This document shows positions 52,610-63,200 of a stretch of 64,000 nt of DNA, one piece after another. Each line of letters opens with the position of its first letter. Position 1 is the stretch's first letter. The stretch covers positions 19,063 to 83,062 of the forward strand of contig JAJRVD010000027.1 of the NCBI GenBank assembly GCA_024277375.1, read 5' to 3'. The position numbers and the translations under genes are program-made. Below the pieces are notes generated by a model, which saw only the letters and a program-made list of their open reading frames with translations, made no database searches and had not been told where the DNA came from. Origin of the DNA: Candidatus Omnitrophota bacterium. GTDB lineage: Bacteria; Omnitrophota; Gorgyraeia; Tantalellales; Tantalellaceae.

Positions 52610-55116
52610 TGAAATTATATAATTTCAATGAAATAGAGGAAACCTGGCAGGACTGGTGGCGCGAGACGGGTCTGTTCAAGGTTGATGAAAAAAACATTAA
52701 AGATAAATACTATTGTCTGATGATGTTCCCTTATCCGTCCGCGGCCCTGCATGTCGGTCATGGACGCAATTATATAATTGGCGATGTTGTGGCCAGATAT
52801 AACATGATGAAGGGGCTTAATGTCCTTACTCCTATGGGCTGGGACGCGTTCGGTCTGCCCGCTGAAAACGCGGCTATCAAAAATGGGATCGATCCCAAAA
52901 AGTCTACACTTAGCAATATTAACATGATGAAAGCTCAGTTGGCTTCCTGGGGTGTAAATTACGATTGGGATCGTGAGGTTACTTCATGCATGCCGGACTA
53001 TTATAAATGGACCCAGTGGATATTTCTGAAATTATATGAAAAAGTACTTGCGTATCGAAAAAATGCTTTCGTTAACTGGTGCTCTTCGTGTAATACGGTT
53101 CTCGCGAACGAACAGGTCATAGATGGAGCTTGCGAAAGATGTGATACCGAGGTCGATCAAAAAAGGCTGGAACAATGGTTTTTTAAGATCACGGATTACG
53201 CGCAGAAACTTATCGATGACCTGGATAAACTGGATGAATGGCCGGATAAGGTTAAAACAATGCAACGCAACTGGATCGGTCGATCAGAGGGTGTGAATAT
53301 CGATTTTCCTGTCTGTCATTCTGAGGCCTCGCCTGTCCCGAGTGAAGTCGAGGGGAAGAGCCCGAAGGATCTCAACCTTACCTGTTTTACTACCCGTGTA
53401 GATACTATTTATGGCTGTACATATATGGTTCTTGCCGCCGAGCATCCTATGATAGAAGAGCTCATAGCCGATAATCCCGAAAAAGACAAGATAATGAAAT
53501 TTGTGCAGGAAGTTCGCTCTAAATCACGCATACAACGCGTACAAACAGATACCGAAAAGAGAGGTATCTTTACGGGGCGTTACGTAATAAATCAGGTGAA
53601 TGGCAGGAAAATACCTTTATGGATAGCCGATTATGTCCTTATGGAATATGGCACGGGAGCCGTTATGGCAGTTCCCGCGCATGATCAGAGAGATTTTGAA
53701 TTCGCTAAAAAGTATGACCTCCCCGTCGAAGTCGTTATAGATGATCCAAAGGATCATCTAGATGCCGGTAAGTTGACCGAAGCTTATGAGAACGAAGGCG
53801 TGCTTACCGCTTCAGCGCAGTTTGACGGAATGAAAAATAAAGACGCGATGGAGTCTATAGCCGACTACATGGAAAAAGAAAAGATCGGCGAGAGAACTAT
53901 TCACTTCAAACTCAGAGACTGGCTTATTTCACGCCAAAGATATTGGGGCGCTCCCATACCGATGGTATATTGCGATAAGTGCGGTATTGTCCCGGTCCCG
54001 GAGGAAGACCTGCCTGTTCTTCTCCCCGAAGGTGTGGAATTCAGGCCCACGGGCGAATCCCCTTTAAAAGAAGCCTCGGATTTTGTTAAGACAACGTGCC
54101 CTGAATGCGGAGGAAATGCCAGGCGTGAAATTGATACTATGGATACTTTTGTGGATTCAAGCTGGTACTACCTGAGATATATATCACCGAAGGCTGATGA
54201 CAAGCCTTTTGAAAAGGCTGACGTGAACGGCTGGTTGCCGGTAGATCAATATATCGGTGGGGTAGAGCACGCGATATTGCACTTACTGTATTCGCGTTTT
54301 ATTACCAAAGTTCTTTCCGATATGGATTATATAGGCTTTGATGAGCCGTTCAAGCGTCTTTTTACTCAAGGGATGATAGTTAAAGACGGCGCTAAGATGT
54401 CTAAATCTAAGGGCAATGTGGTAGATCCGGCTGAACTTATAAAAAAATATGGAGCGGACACGGTTCGTTTGTATACACTCTTTTTAGGCCCGCCGGAAAA
54501 AGACGCCGAGTGGTCGGATAGGGGAGTTGAAGGGTCGTTCAGATTTGTAAAAAGAGCATGGAATCTTCTTGAAGTTCTTGGATCAGCGCCTGAGTTTGAG
54601 GGGAATAAAGAGGCCTCTCTGGGGCTTTTAAGAAAAATGCATCAGACCATAAAAAAGGTAACAGATGACATAGAGGATTCTTTTCATTTTAACACGGCCA
54701 TAAGTGCTGTTATGGAGCTTGTCAATTATGTGTACTCCGGGTTGAATGATAACGGCAAAGATTGTTTTAGCAAAAAATGTATGGAAGAAGTAGTAAAGAA
54801 TATGACGCTTCTCTTGGCGCCGTTCGTGCCGCATATCGCGGAAGAGATGCATAAACAAACCGGTGGAGAGAAGAGCGTTTTTGAGGAAACCTGGCCGTCT
54901 TTTAACGAAGATATGTTAGTGGAAGACATTATAGTTATTCCTGTCCAAGTTAATGGTAAACTTCGAAATACCATAGAGATGGCTAGAGGCATTGACGAAG
55001 AGACGGTCAGGGAGACCATTTTAGCGGACGATAAAACGAAGCCATGGTTAGAGGGTAAACAGATCCGCAAGTGGATAATAATCCCCGATAAGTTAGTGAA
55101 TATAGTTGTGCAGTAG
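52606..55116 (+). CDS. leuS: Leucine--tRNA ligase
   Basis: HIGH motif HVGHGRNYIIGDV, KMSKS motif KMSKSKGN, and the editing and Zn-binding regions are present. 836 aa. Confidence 0.9.
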   Translation: MMKLYNFNEIEETWQDWWRETGLFKVDEKNIKDKYYCLMMFPYPSAALHVGHGRNYIIGDVVARYNMMKGLNVLTPMGWDAFGLPAENAAIKNGIDPKKSTLSNINMMKAQLASWGVNYDWDREVTSCMPDYYKWTQWIFLKLYEKVLAYRKNAFVNWCSSCNTVLANEQVIDGACERCDTEVDQKRLEQWFFKITDYAQKLIDDLDKLDEWPDKVKTMQRNWIGRSEGVNIDFPVCHSEASPVPSEVEGKSPKDLNLTCFTTRVDTIYGCTYMVLAAEHPMIEELIADNPEKDKIMKFVQEVRSKSRIQRVQTDTEKRGIFTGRYVINQVNGRKIPLWIADYVLMEYGTGAVMAVPAHDQRDFEFAKKYDLPVEVVIDDPKDHLDAGKLTEAYENEGVLTASAQFDGMKNKDAMESIADYMEKEKIGERTIHFKLRDWLISRQRYWGAPIPMVYCDKCGIVPVPEEDLPVLLPEGVEFRPTGESPLKEASDFVKTTCPECGGNARREIDTMDTFVDSSWYYLRYISPKADDKPFEKADVNGWLPVDQYIGGVEHAILHLLYSRFITKVLSDMDYIGFDEPFKRLFTQGMIVKDGAKMSKSKGNVVDPAELIKKYGADTVRLYTLFLGPPEKDAEWSDRGVEGSFRFVKRAWNLLEVLGSAPEFEGNKEASLGLLRKMHQTIKKVTDDIEDSFHFNTAISAVMELVNYVYSGLNDNGKDCFSKKCMEEVVKNMTLLLAPFVPHIAEEMHKQTGGEKSVFEETWPSFNEDMLVEDIIVIPVQVNGKLRNTIEMARGIDEETVRETILADDKTKPWLEGKQIRKWIIIPDKLVNIVVQ

Positions 55117-55371
55117 CAATAGTAAACACAGTTCGAATTCTTTCCCCGCGGAAATTTTTAACGCTTTTTTATCTTATTCTTAGCCCCGGCAAAACTCGTC
55201 CTTGATCAAACAAGTTTGTTCAAGGACTCAAACAGTTGCCGGTAGGTAGTTTGCCTTGCGAACAAGCTGAAAAGGCTAAATTTCCGAGGGGCCCCTTTAA
55301 TCCGAACTGTTTTTACTGTATTCACTCATTCATCGACGGCTGTATCTGCCGGTATTTCAAGTTCCCGCGAG

Positions 55372-55415
55372 CTGTCATCCTGAGCGAGGCCCGAAGGGCC
55401 GAGTCGAAGGATCTC
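55372..55415 (+). repeat. REP family C copy (ctgtcatcctgagcgaggcccgaagggccgagtcgaaggatctc)
   Basis: Matches 17373-17414 at about 90% identity. It carries an internal ggcc-N-ggcc hairpin. Confidence 0.6.
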
Positions 55416-55530
55416 ATAATATTGAATAAACAACATTTTTATTATACTTAACTTTGACTTAAAAGATAAGATATATTGAATAAAAATCAATAAAATGATA
55501 AAATTAAGAGCAACAGAAAGATAGTTGACA

Positions 55531-55590
55531 ATAGGAGCAATGGGGACAGCCTCCTTTTGACCAAAAGGAGGCTGTCCCCATTGCTCCTAT
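55531..55590. repeat. Family A-type perfect 28-bp-stem palindrome (ataggagcaatggggacagcctcctttt-gacc-aaaaggaggctgtccccattgctcctat)
   Basis: The two arms are exact reverse complements. It ends 18 nt upstream of the comEA start codon. Confidence 0.7.
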
Positions 55591-55608
55591 TGCCAGGAGA
55601 GATGAATT

Positions 55609-55965
55609 ATGGAACAAAAATCCGATTATTCTGAAAGAATAGTGCTGATCGGTCTTTGCGTTATATTATTCGCGGGTGCACTGTTCCTGAATGAGAAAGA
55701 CTCTCTTCAAGTCGAACGGCCGGATCTTATGAAAATTAAAGAGTTCTTGGATGAGAGGAAAATAGTTAATATAAATTCGGCTACTCCCGGTGAACTTACA
55801 GATCTTCCCGGGATCGGGAACGTGATGGCTCAAAGGATAGTGAAATATAGAAATGAGAATGGTAGTTTTAGTTTCGCTGATGATCTGTTAAAAATTAAAG
55901 GTATAGGCCCGAAGAAACTCGAGAAGATGAAGAGCTACATTAACGTAGGAGTGGCCTCAAGATAA
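55609..55965 (+). CDS. comEA: ComEA-like competence protein (TM anchor plus tandem helix-hairpin-helix DNA-binding motif)
   Basis: INSATPGELTDLPGIGNVMAQRIVKYRNENGSFSFADDLLKIKGIGPKKLEKM. The last 6 codons are REP-B sequence. Confidence 0.7.
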   Translation: MEQKSDYSERIVLIGLCVILFAGALFLNEKDSLQVERPDLMKIKEFLDERKIVNINSATPGELTDLPGIGNVMAQRIVKYRNENGSFSFADDLLKIKGIGPKKLEKMKSYINVGVASR

Positions 55966-56526
55966 CGTAGGAGCGGCCTCCGGCCGCGAACATTATGAAA
56001 AAAATTCACAAACAAAATAATTTACGAAAGGCCAGGATATACAATTCGGAATATCCGTACTTTGTAACAATTTGTACCGACAGTGGGCAGGAGTTGTTTG
56101 TGGGGAAAAATATTCCGGAATTATTGATAGAGAGCATTAAATGGTTCGCGGATAATTCATTGATACTGAATCTCGGATTTGTGATTATGCCTGATCACTT
56201 ACATTGGGCGTTTGCTTTAGTAAGGGGAGAAAAATTGGATAATATTATGCGACGATACAAAAATTGTACCGCTCAAAAGAGAAAAGATCTTAAAGATGAT
56301 GACATTCGGATGTGGCAAAAAGGATGTTATGATCACTTATTGAGGAATGTATAGGATTGTGAAGTAAAACTCAAATATATGCATAACAACCCTGTTCGAA
56401 AAGGCCTGGTAGATATCCCAGAGGAATATCTATACTCTACAGCTAATGAGAAATACACGGATATGATAAATTGGGAGTATGTCTGGGGTTTATGAAATAT
56501 GTTCGCGGCCGGAGGCCGCTCCTACG
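55943..56526 (+). mobile_element. REP-RAYT unit: IS200/IS605-like Y1 HUH transposase gene flanked by inverted REP family B copies
   Basis: Left REP at 55965-55991 (acgtaggagcggcctccggccgcgaac), with a partial copy at 55943-55958. Right REP at 56501-56526 (gttcgcggccggaggccgctcctacg) is the exact reverse complement. It is inserted in the 560-bp gap between comEA and comEC. Confidence 0.75.
55995..56495 (+). pseudogene. REP-associated tyrosine transposase (RAYT, IS200-like TnpA) with an in-frame TAG at 56352-56354 between the HUH and catalytic Tyr motifs
   Basis: The HUH motif is VIMPDHLHWAF. The same frame continues after the TAG as DCEVKLKYMHNNPVRKGLVDIPEEYLYST. This is the Y-x3-NPV-K/R-GLV catalytic-Tyr region typical of RAYTs. 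The total would be 166 codons. Confidence 0.7.
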
Positions 56527-58092
56527 ATGAAAAGGCCGATATTATTGTTGATAATTTCATATTTCGCGGGATTAATAGTTGTCGGGGTGACCGGAATTGC
56601 GATAGTTCCCGGGATTACAGTCGTCTTAATAACGTTTATTACTCTATCCGCCGTATTCTCGAAGAAGAAAAAAGTTTTTTATGCGCTTCTATGTGTTTTC
56701 TTTTTTTTGTTGGGAATTTTTAGATACTCTTCTGCCGTAACACCGGGCGCGGGGAATATATGTAATTTTGTGTCTGAAGAACCTGAGAGAGCTGTTCTTT
56801 ACGGAATTGTCGCTAGCCCCGGCGAGCATAAAGGGAAGTCATTTCGGGAACGTTTTGTGTTCCAGATAAAAGCGGAACGGCTGCTTATAGATGGGGAGGA
56901 ACATAAGGTTACGGGAGGCGTACAAATAGACCTTTATTCTTTGCGCAAGAAGCCCGCATTGGGGAATAGATTGGTTATTGGCGGTAAAATATTTCTGCCA
57001 AAAGGGGAAAGCGGACCCGATGGTTTTGACTATAAGGCTTACCTAAAGCGAAATAGTATTTACGCGGTAATGAGATCTTCGGAGGATGATTATTTTTTAA
57101 AGGTTGAGACCGGAAAGAACCCGATTATGCAATGCCAGCGATTTCTTTCGGAGGCCAGGACCCAAACGGACAGGCTATTCACCAAATATCTTCATGGTCA
57201 GACTCGTGACATTACCCGATCCATAGTTCTCGGCCTGCGTAGTACTCTAACCAAAGGCACAACTACCATATTCAGAAGGACAGGTACGATGCATATCCTG
57301 GCGGTAAGCGGTTTGCATATAGGGGTTGTAGCACTGATGTTGATGGGATCTTTGAAACTTATCAAGTGTCCGAAGATGGTAATGTGTTTCCTTGTGATAG
57401 CCGGGATATGTTCGTTTGCTGTTTTTACGGGCGCGCGAACATCTTCGATACGCGCCGCGATAATGGCGTCGTTCCTCTTGGTGGGTTTGGCGATGGAATG
57501 GAGGGTAGACATAATAAATACACTCATCCTGTCAGCGTTTATAATTACGTTTTTTCTCCCGGGGCAATTATTTCAACCGGGTTTTATCCTCTCGTACACA
57601 GCGGTCCTTTCGATAATTTACATAACACCCGTTACGGATCGGATGTTGAGAATCGTAAAGGGCGAAAGGTTTGAAAGCAGGATGGCGAGAATCCGGAGGT
57701 ACGCGTTAAAGTCAGTATCGGTATCGGTCGCGGTGTGGATAGGTATGGCCCCGGTGATCGCGGCATATTTCAACATAGTTACGCCTTCGGTGATATTGTC
57801 TAATCTTGTAGCGATCCCGATGCTTATAGTCGTGATCGGCCTGGGTTTTTCTCTGGCATTGGTTGGCGCGGTAAAGATTCTTGTGCCGATAGCCTTTGCT
57901 GTTTCCGGCATCCTGAATTTTTTGATACCACTTTTTTTAAAGACACTCCGGGACATCTCCAGTGTGCCTTTTTCGTTTATCGAAGTGCCCACGCCAAATT
58001 GGTTATTTATAGCGGGATACTATGCCGTTCTGGCGGGAGGATTAGTGAGAATTCGTTCAAACTGGTACGCCCGACAGGATTCGAACCTGTGA
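56527..58092 (+). CDS. comEC: ComEC/Rec2-family DNA internalisation channel protein (lacks C-terminal metallo-beta-lactamase domain)
   Basis: The ATG at 56527 immediately follows the right REP. A DUF4131-like N-terminal region is present (DYKAYLKRNSIYAVM). The competence-domain signature is HILAVSGLHIGVV. Polytopic. The last 10 codons overlap tRNA-Arg on the opposite strand. Confidence 0.75.
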   Translation: MKRPILLLIISYFAGLIVVGVTGIAIVPGITVVLITFITLSAVFSKKKKVFYALLCVFFFLLGIFRYSSAVTPGAGNICNFVSEEPERAVLYGIVASPGEHKGKSFRERFVFQIKAERLLIDGEEHKVTGGVQIDLYSLRKKPALGNRLVIGGKIFLPKGESGPDGFDYKAYLKRNSIYAVMRSSEDDYFLKVETGKNPIMQCQRFLSEARTQTDRLFTKYLHGQTRDITRSIVLGLRSTLTKGTTTIFRRTGTMHILAVSGLHIGVVALMLMGSLKLIKCPKMVMCFLVIAGICSFAVFTGARTSSIRAAIMASFLLVGLAMEWRVDIINTLILSAFIITFFLPGQLFQPGFILSYTAVLSIIYITPVTDRMLRIVKGERFESRMARIRRYALKSVSVSVAVWIGMAPVIAAYFNIVTPSVILSNLVAIPMLIVVIGLGFSLALVGAVKILVPIAFAVSGILNFLIPLFLKTLRDISSVPFSFIEVPTPNWLFIAGYYAVLAGGLVRIRSNWYARQDSNL

Positions 58093-58139
58093 CCCTCTGC
58101 TTAGAAGGCAGATGCTCTATCCAGCTGAGCTACGGGCGC
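58063..58139 (-). tRNA. tRNA-Arg (anticodon TCT)
   Basis: The reverse complement is gcgcccgtagctcagctggatagagcatctgc-ctTCTaa-gcagagggtcacaggttcgaatcctgtcgggcgtacca. Confidence 0.8.
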
Positions 58140-58147
58140 TCCAAGTT

Positions 58148-58231
58148 TGGTGCGGATGAAGGGATTCGAACCCCCACGGTAAAACCACTGGCTCCTAAGG
58201 CCAGCGCGTCTGCCAGTTCCGCCACATCCGC
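58148..58231 (-). tRNA. tRNA-Leu (anticodon TAG)
   Basis: The reverse complement is gcggatgtggcggaactggcagacgcgctggc-ctTAGga-gccag + long variable arm + gggggttcgaatccc...cacca. Confidence 0.8.
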
Positions 58232-58247
58232 ATTTATGCATATATAG

Positions 58248-58325
58248 TGGTCGGGAAGGTGGGATTCGAACCCACGACCCCCTGCTCCCAAAGCAGGTAC
58301 GCTAGCCAAACTGCGCCACTCCCCG
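58248..58325 (-). tRNA. tRNA-Pro (anticodon TGG)
   Basis: The reverse complement is cggggagtggcgcagtttggctagcgtacctgc-ttTGGga-gcagggggtcgtgggttcgaatcccaccttcccgacca. Confidence 0.8.
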
Positions 58326-58550
58326 AAATATTCTCAAAATAGAAACCTCATTATAGCAATGCCGTTTTTCGAAGTCAAGAACTGTTCGATATTTACCCGA
58401 TCCGGGTCTTTTCCGGGCCCTTTCCAGACCTTTCAGAAACTTCTTGTCTGCCAAATAGTACTGTAATATAATAACTTATCTTTTTTATGCAGGGAGTAGG
58501 GGCACAGCATACCGTGCTTCCACGTATACGAAATTACAAACAGAGAGGAT

Positions 58551-60065
58551 GTGGCGGGGATGTTTAGAACTTTTCTTGTATTAGTGTTGTGTCTATCTTT
58601 TTCCTGCGGTGATGTTTTTGCCCAGGCGAAGGCGGATGACGAGCTTTTGAAAAAGGGTATTTATCTGTTTCGTCAGGAAAACTATGATGAGGCTCTTGAC
58701 GCTTTCAGCGAGGTGATAAAAAAAGATCCGAAGTCTTCTCTGGCAGAGTACTACATGGCTCTCACGTATAAGAGAACAGAAAACTATGTTGCTTCAAGAG
58801 AACATTTCGAGAAATCCTTAAGTTTAACTCCGAAGATCAAAGGCGCGCTTATAGAGTTGGTCGATCTCCTTTACCGTCTTGGGGAATATGACGAAGCTAA
58901 GAAATGGATCAAGATTGCGGAAGAGGAAGGTGTACGTCCCGCCCAGACAAAATTCCTTAAAGGTCTTACTCTTCAGAAGAACGGGGAATACGTTGAAGCC
59001 ATAAAAGCGTTCGCGGACGCTAAAGATCTGGATGATAAGCTGATACAATCGGCGGATTATCAGACCGGTGTTTGTTATCTGAAAATGAAGAGATATTCTG
59101 ACGCTCGGGATCTTTTTAAAGATGTTTTTGCCGTGGACCCTTATTCGGATATTGCCGAACAGGCTAACACATATGTCGTGGCTTTGGAACGTAAGATCGA
59201 AAAAGACAAACCTTTTCATTTTACGGCTAAAGCCGCCTTCGAGTACGATTCTAATGTTATTTTAAAACCTACGGATTCCACTCTTGTCTCGGGGGTGACC
59301 GACCAGGATGACACCCGACAGGTATTTGACCTGAAAGGCGATTATACGTTCAAGACGGAAGATAATTTCCTCAGCCTGAAGACAGGATATGGGTTTAAGG
59401 TCTCCAAACAAAATGATTTCGGCGCTTACGATCTCGTCGGCCACAACGTTTCGGCCCAGGGTAGTATTTCGTTTAAGAAAGTGCTTGTTACATTTCCGGT
59501 GAACTACAGCTATACGGTAGTTAACGAGAAAAATTATCTTTCAAGTTTTACCGCCGGAAACATTAATAATTTCATGTTGGGTAAAACTCAAATGGCGCAG
59601 TTAGGCGCGCTCTATACACACGATGACTATTTGCGACCCTCGGCTACCGCAAGTGAAGACAGAACAGGAAATGAGCTTACGGCGATCGCCGGATGGTTCC
59701 ATTTTTTTAACGGGGGAAAAGGATTTGTGAATTTGAAATACAGCTATAACAAAGATTGGACGAAAGGTGCTAACTGGCAATACTCCGGACATAAGATCAA
59801 TGCCGGTGTTTTGTATCCCTTTTGGGACAAATTTAAGTTGAGCGTAAATGGTGAAGTGTTCCTGCAAAATTTTGATAATACCCATACGGTTTTTGACAAA
59901 AAGCGGCAGGATCAGGTATATACGGCCGCGTCACTTTTGTCTTATGAATTTTTAAAGAATATGGAAGTTCAGGTTCGGTATACATATGTGAACGAAAGAT
60001 CGAATCTTAGTGTTTATGAGTACGACAGGCACATAATAAGCACGGGTGTACAATATAAGTTTTAG
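58551..60065 (+). CDS. Secreted TPR-repeat protein with C-terminal outer-membrane beta-barrel (Slam/DUF560-like architecture)
   Basis: A signal peptide is present. About 200 aa of TPR-like repeats follow (YYMALTYKRTENYVASREHFEKSL...). The C-terminal half alternates in beta-strand-like fashion and ends GVQYKF. Confidence 0.55.
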   Translation: MAGMFRTFLVLVLCLSFSCGDVFAQAKADDELLKKGIYLFRQENYDEALDAFSEVIKKDPKSSLAEYYMALTYKRTENYVASREHFEKSLSLTPKIKGALIELVDLLYRLGEYDEAKKWIKIAEEEGVRPAQTKFLKGLTLQKNGEYVEAIKAFADAKDLDDKLIQSADYQTGVCYLKMKRYSDARDLFKDVFAVDPYSDIAEQANTYVVALERKIEKDKPFHFTAKAAFEYDSNVILKPTDSTLVSGVTDQDDTRQVFDLKGDYTFKTEDNFLSLKTGYGFKVSKQNDFGAYDLVGHNVSAQGSISFKKVLVTFPVNYSYTVVNEKNYLSSFTAGNINNFMLGKTQMAQLGALYTHDDYLRPSATASEDRTGNELTAIAGWFHFFNGGKGFVNLKYSYNKDWTKGANWQYSGHKINAGVLYPFWDKFKLSVNGEVFLQNFDNTHTVFDKKRQDQVYTAASLLSYEFLKNMEVQVRYTYVNERSNLSVYEYDRHIISTGVQYKF

Positions 60066-60080
60066 CGGATCCCCGTCTTT

Positions 60081-60200
60081 CAGACTATGTCAAGATGTAG
60101 GGGCTTGATTTATCAAGCCCGTTATATCGGGTTCGATGAATCGAACCCCTACAACATTATTGCAGGCAGCCCGTCGCGAAATGACTTTTGGTACAGTCTG
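60081..60200 (-). repeat. Family D structured repeat, copy 4 (inverted orientation)
   Basis: The reverse complement reads cagactgtacc...gtaggggttcgattcatcgaacccgatataacgggcttgataaatcaagcccctacatcttgacatagtctg. The core and outer stem are conserved and the 5' arm has diverged. Confidence 0.65.
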
Positions 60201-60239
60201 TTCGCGATGGATGACAGACAAGACAATGGAGGTAATATA

Positions 60240-63200
60240 ATGAAGAGTATAAAACTGGTCGTAGCGGTAGCGGTTTCGCTGTTACTCGCGTTTCCTATGA
60301 GTGTTCTTGCTGATGTGGTTGGTACGGTTACTTGCATCGAAGGCAGGGTTGATAGACTGGATATAGAAGGGGATAAGTATCTTCCTCTCGTAGTAGGCGA
60401 GGATATCTCAGTCGGCGACGCGATAAGAACAAAGAGTTTTTCTAAAATGGAAATTTCTTTTGAGGATAATTCTGTTGTTCAGCTGGGTGATAGCTCTCAG
60501 ATCAGGATCAAGGATTATACCGTGGGTGATGATGGATATAGGAAAAGCAGCGCCATAGATCTTGATAGAGGCAAGATACGTGCTATTGTGTCAAAAACTC
60601 CGGAGTTAACGCCGTTTGATATCAACACACCAAACGCATCCGGTTTTGTTAAAGGATCCGATATTTTCGTATCGTTCCTGCAGTCATCCACGAATGTATT
60701 GGTGACGGAAGGGACATTTACAATGGCCAACCCGACGTTTCCTGATGATCGTATAGACGTGAATCCCGGTATGACTTCGCTGGTGCCTTACAACGCGCCC
60801 CCCAAAGATCCGCGTGCTTTTTTGCCATCGGAGAAAGCAAAATACGAAGATGCAATTAGTCCCATTGTTAAAAAAACCGAAGGCGTAACGGAGAAACATT
60901 TCACCAAAGCTACGGTTTCCAAAACGTCCGGTGAGGTTAGAGTGCAGTCCAAAGGCACAAAAGAGTGGAAGGTGGTAACGAAAGATGTTGTGCTGAACGT
61001 GGGAGATCGAGTCGAAACGGGTAAAACCGGGAATATTCAGATAGTTTTTGATAACGGCCTTATCATAGAGCTACGCCCAAATACGCAACTTATTATTGTG
61101 AAGCTTAATCGTAACCCGAAAACAGGTGATTACGAAAGCATATTTGAATCAAAATACGGTAAGCTTATAGCCAAACTTCAGAATAAACCTGCCACGTCTA
61201 CGTTTCAGGTTAAGACTCCGCATGCGGTATGCGGTATACGCGGAACGATAATGTATCTTGATATCCTGCCTAATGCTACCAGAAGTTTTTTTGAAGGTGG
61301 TGAAGGTTTTGTGGCGGACGCCGCTACAGGCACGGCAAGAATAATACAGTTGGGAACTACCGCAACGACAGATGGTCAGGGGAATACGACAGAATCTGAG
61401 ACTACCGATGAGGAACGTTCCGGATTCGGTAGTGGTTTTGGTTCTGAGGGTGGCGATGAATACGGTTATTCAGGCGGAGGAGGTGGTGATCCCGCTGGTG
61501 ACCCTGATCCGGATCCGGCTCCGGCACCGGATCCCGCGCCGGTAGACCCGGACCCATCGGGTGGTGATGACCCCACAGGAGGTGATGTCGGAGACAATAT
61601 TACGAACGATATTATCGTTGACTTGACCAACCAGGAGCAGATAGTTCCGGTGGTGATAAATGATGAAAATACCGGCCCTGTTGATGTGAGAGCCGATTAT
61701 AACGGCACATATGGGTGTTACGGCTCTTTCGCGGCCGATCCGGAAAGTTGGGTGAGAGGCGTAATATCGGGTTCAACCAGCGGTGCTCCATGGATGGGTA
61801 TCTATCCGGCGGCGTTTGCGGGGGAATACTTCAATCCGAACGGATTAGACCTTTTTTGGGGTGAACTCGAAGGTGAAGGCTCGGACGGTGGAAGCATATA
61901 CGGGCGCATGGTCGGCGCTTCCGGTGATGCGCATGGAACGGAAACAGTGCTAGCGTCCCTATATGTGGATCCGTCCAATACGACGGGATGGATCTTTAAC
62001 GGTAATGACACTTCGGATGTCTTCTTTATACCCGTTACAGAAAGCCCTGTCCCGGCGGAAAATTTGCTGGATTCGATAAATGAAAGCGATGTGGAAACCG
62101 AATTGTGGTTTGATTTTTATAGAGATGAAGGCTATTTCGAAGGTGAATGCGAGGTCAATCAAATAAGCATCGACAGAGAAAACTGGGGTATATGGGAAGG
62201 TATTTTTAGCGCGTGGTATGACAACCCTGAAGGCATTGAGAACTGGACCGGTGTCAATATAGATGAGGCATTTGGTTCATGGCAGTATGGCCTTTTGATG
62301 GAAAGAAGAGTGTTGTCAGCACGAGTGATGGATTTTGACGGATTCGGCGAGGGTTATTCCATCACTGTTGTTGAGGGGATAGATGATCTGGAAGGATTTC
62401 TCCGAATGGATGTTATGGGGATGTATCTGGATTCTTACAGTCTTAACACTATGTATGGGACTATCGTGGGTACGTATGAGGCTAGAGATGGTTATTATTT
62501 CGAGGGTGTTGGCGCGGGAGGATGGAGTCAAAGTCCGCTTGCGTGGAGTGCGGAAGTGGATGCGTATTATCACTATCTCGATTATGGTGAGATTACTAGT
62601 GACGATTGTGAGTACGTTCATGCCGGTTTAGCGGGCGCTGTAACTTCACCGTTCGTTTCGCCCGGGACTCCGGTCGCGATCACCCTTATGGGGGAGACAG
62701 AACCCTATGGGTATATTTCATGGTGGGGGTATGTGTCCGAAAATGAGATGAGCGATGGTAGTGTTCTTCCCGACGGTTTTATCGGGGGGCGCACGAATTC
62801 CTGCGAGGGGATGCTTGCCAGTTTGTATATAGACGGCGACGGTCATGCCGGAACATTGTGGGGCAACTTTGACGGTGAATATTATGAGAATTTTGACATG
62901 TGGATGGCGACGGGAAGTATGACCGCTACGCAAAGAACCGTAGGGTATGACCCAGGGAGCTATGACACGGATGTTTACTATATGGATGGCGATATATACG
63001 GAGACTTTAATGATACGGGAGGGGAGATCTATTCTGACTATGGGATATACGGTGTGGCATATGGAGAACTGGGCGCGTACACAGCGTGGTTGATCAATCC
63101 CGAAACGGGTGATGCTGAACCGTGGGGTATATACAATATTGAACTTGGTGGTTATTTTGACTATCCAGATACATCGGACGACTGGACTCTTTATCTTGGT

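Noticed and set aside
55236-55451. 71-aa plus-strand ORF between leuS and comEA
   Set aside because: It reads through a REP family C copy (55372-55415). No RBS and no motif. It is probably a repeat translation artefact.
17300-60200. CRISPR array
   Set aside because: The repeats found (families A, B, C, D) are dispersed singly or as inverted doublets across 40 kb. They are not regularly spaced direct repeats with unique spacers. No cas genes are present.
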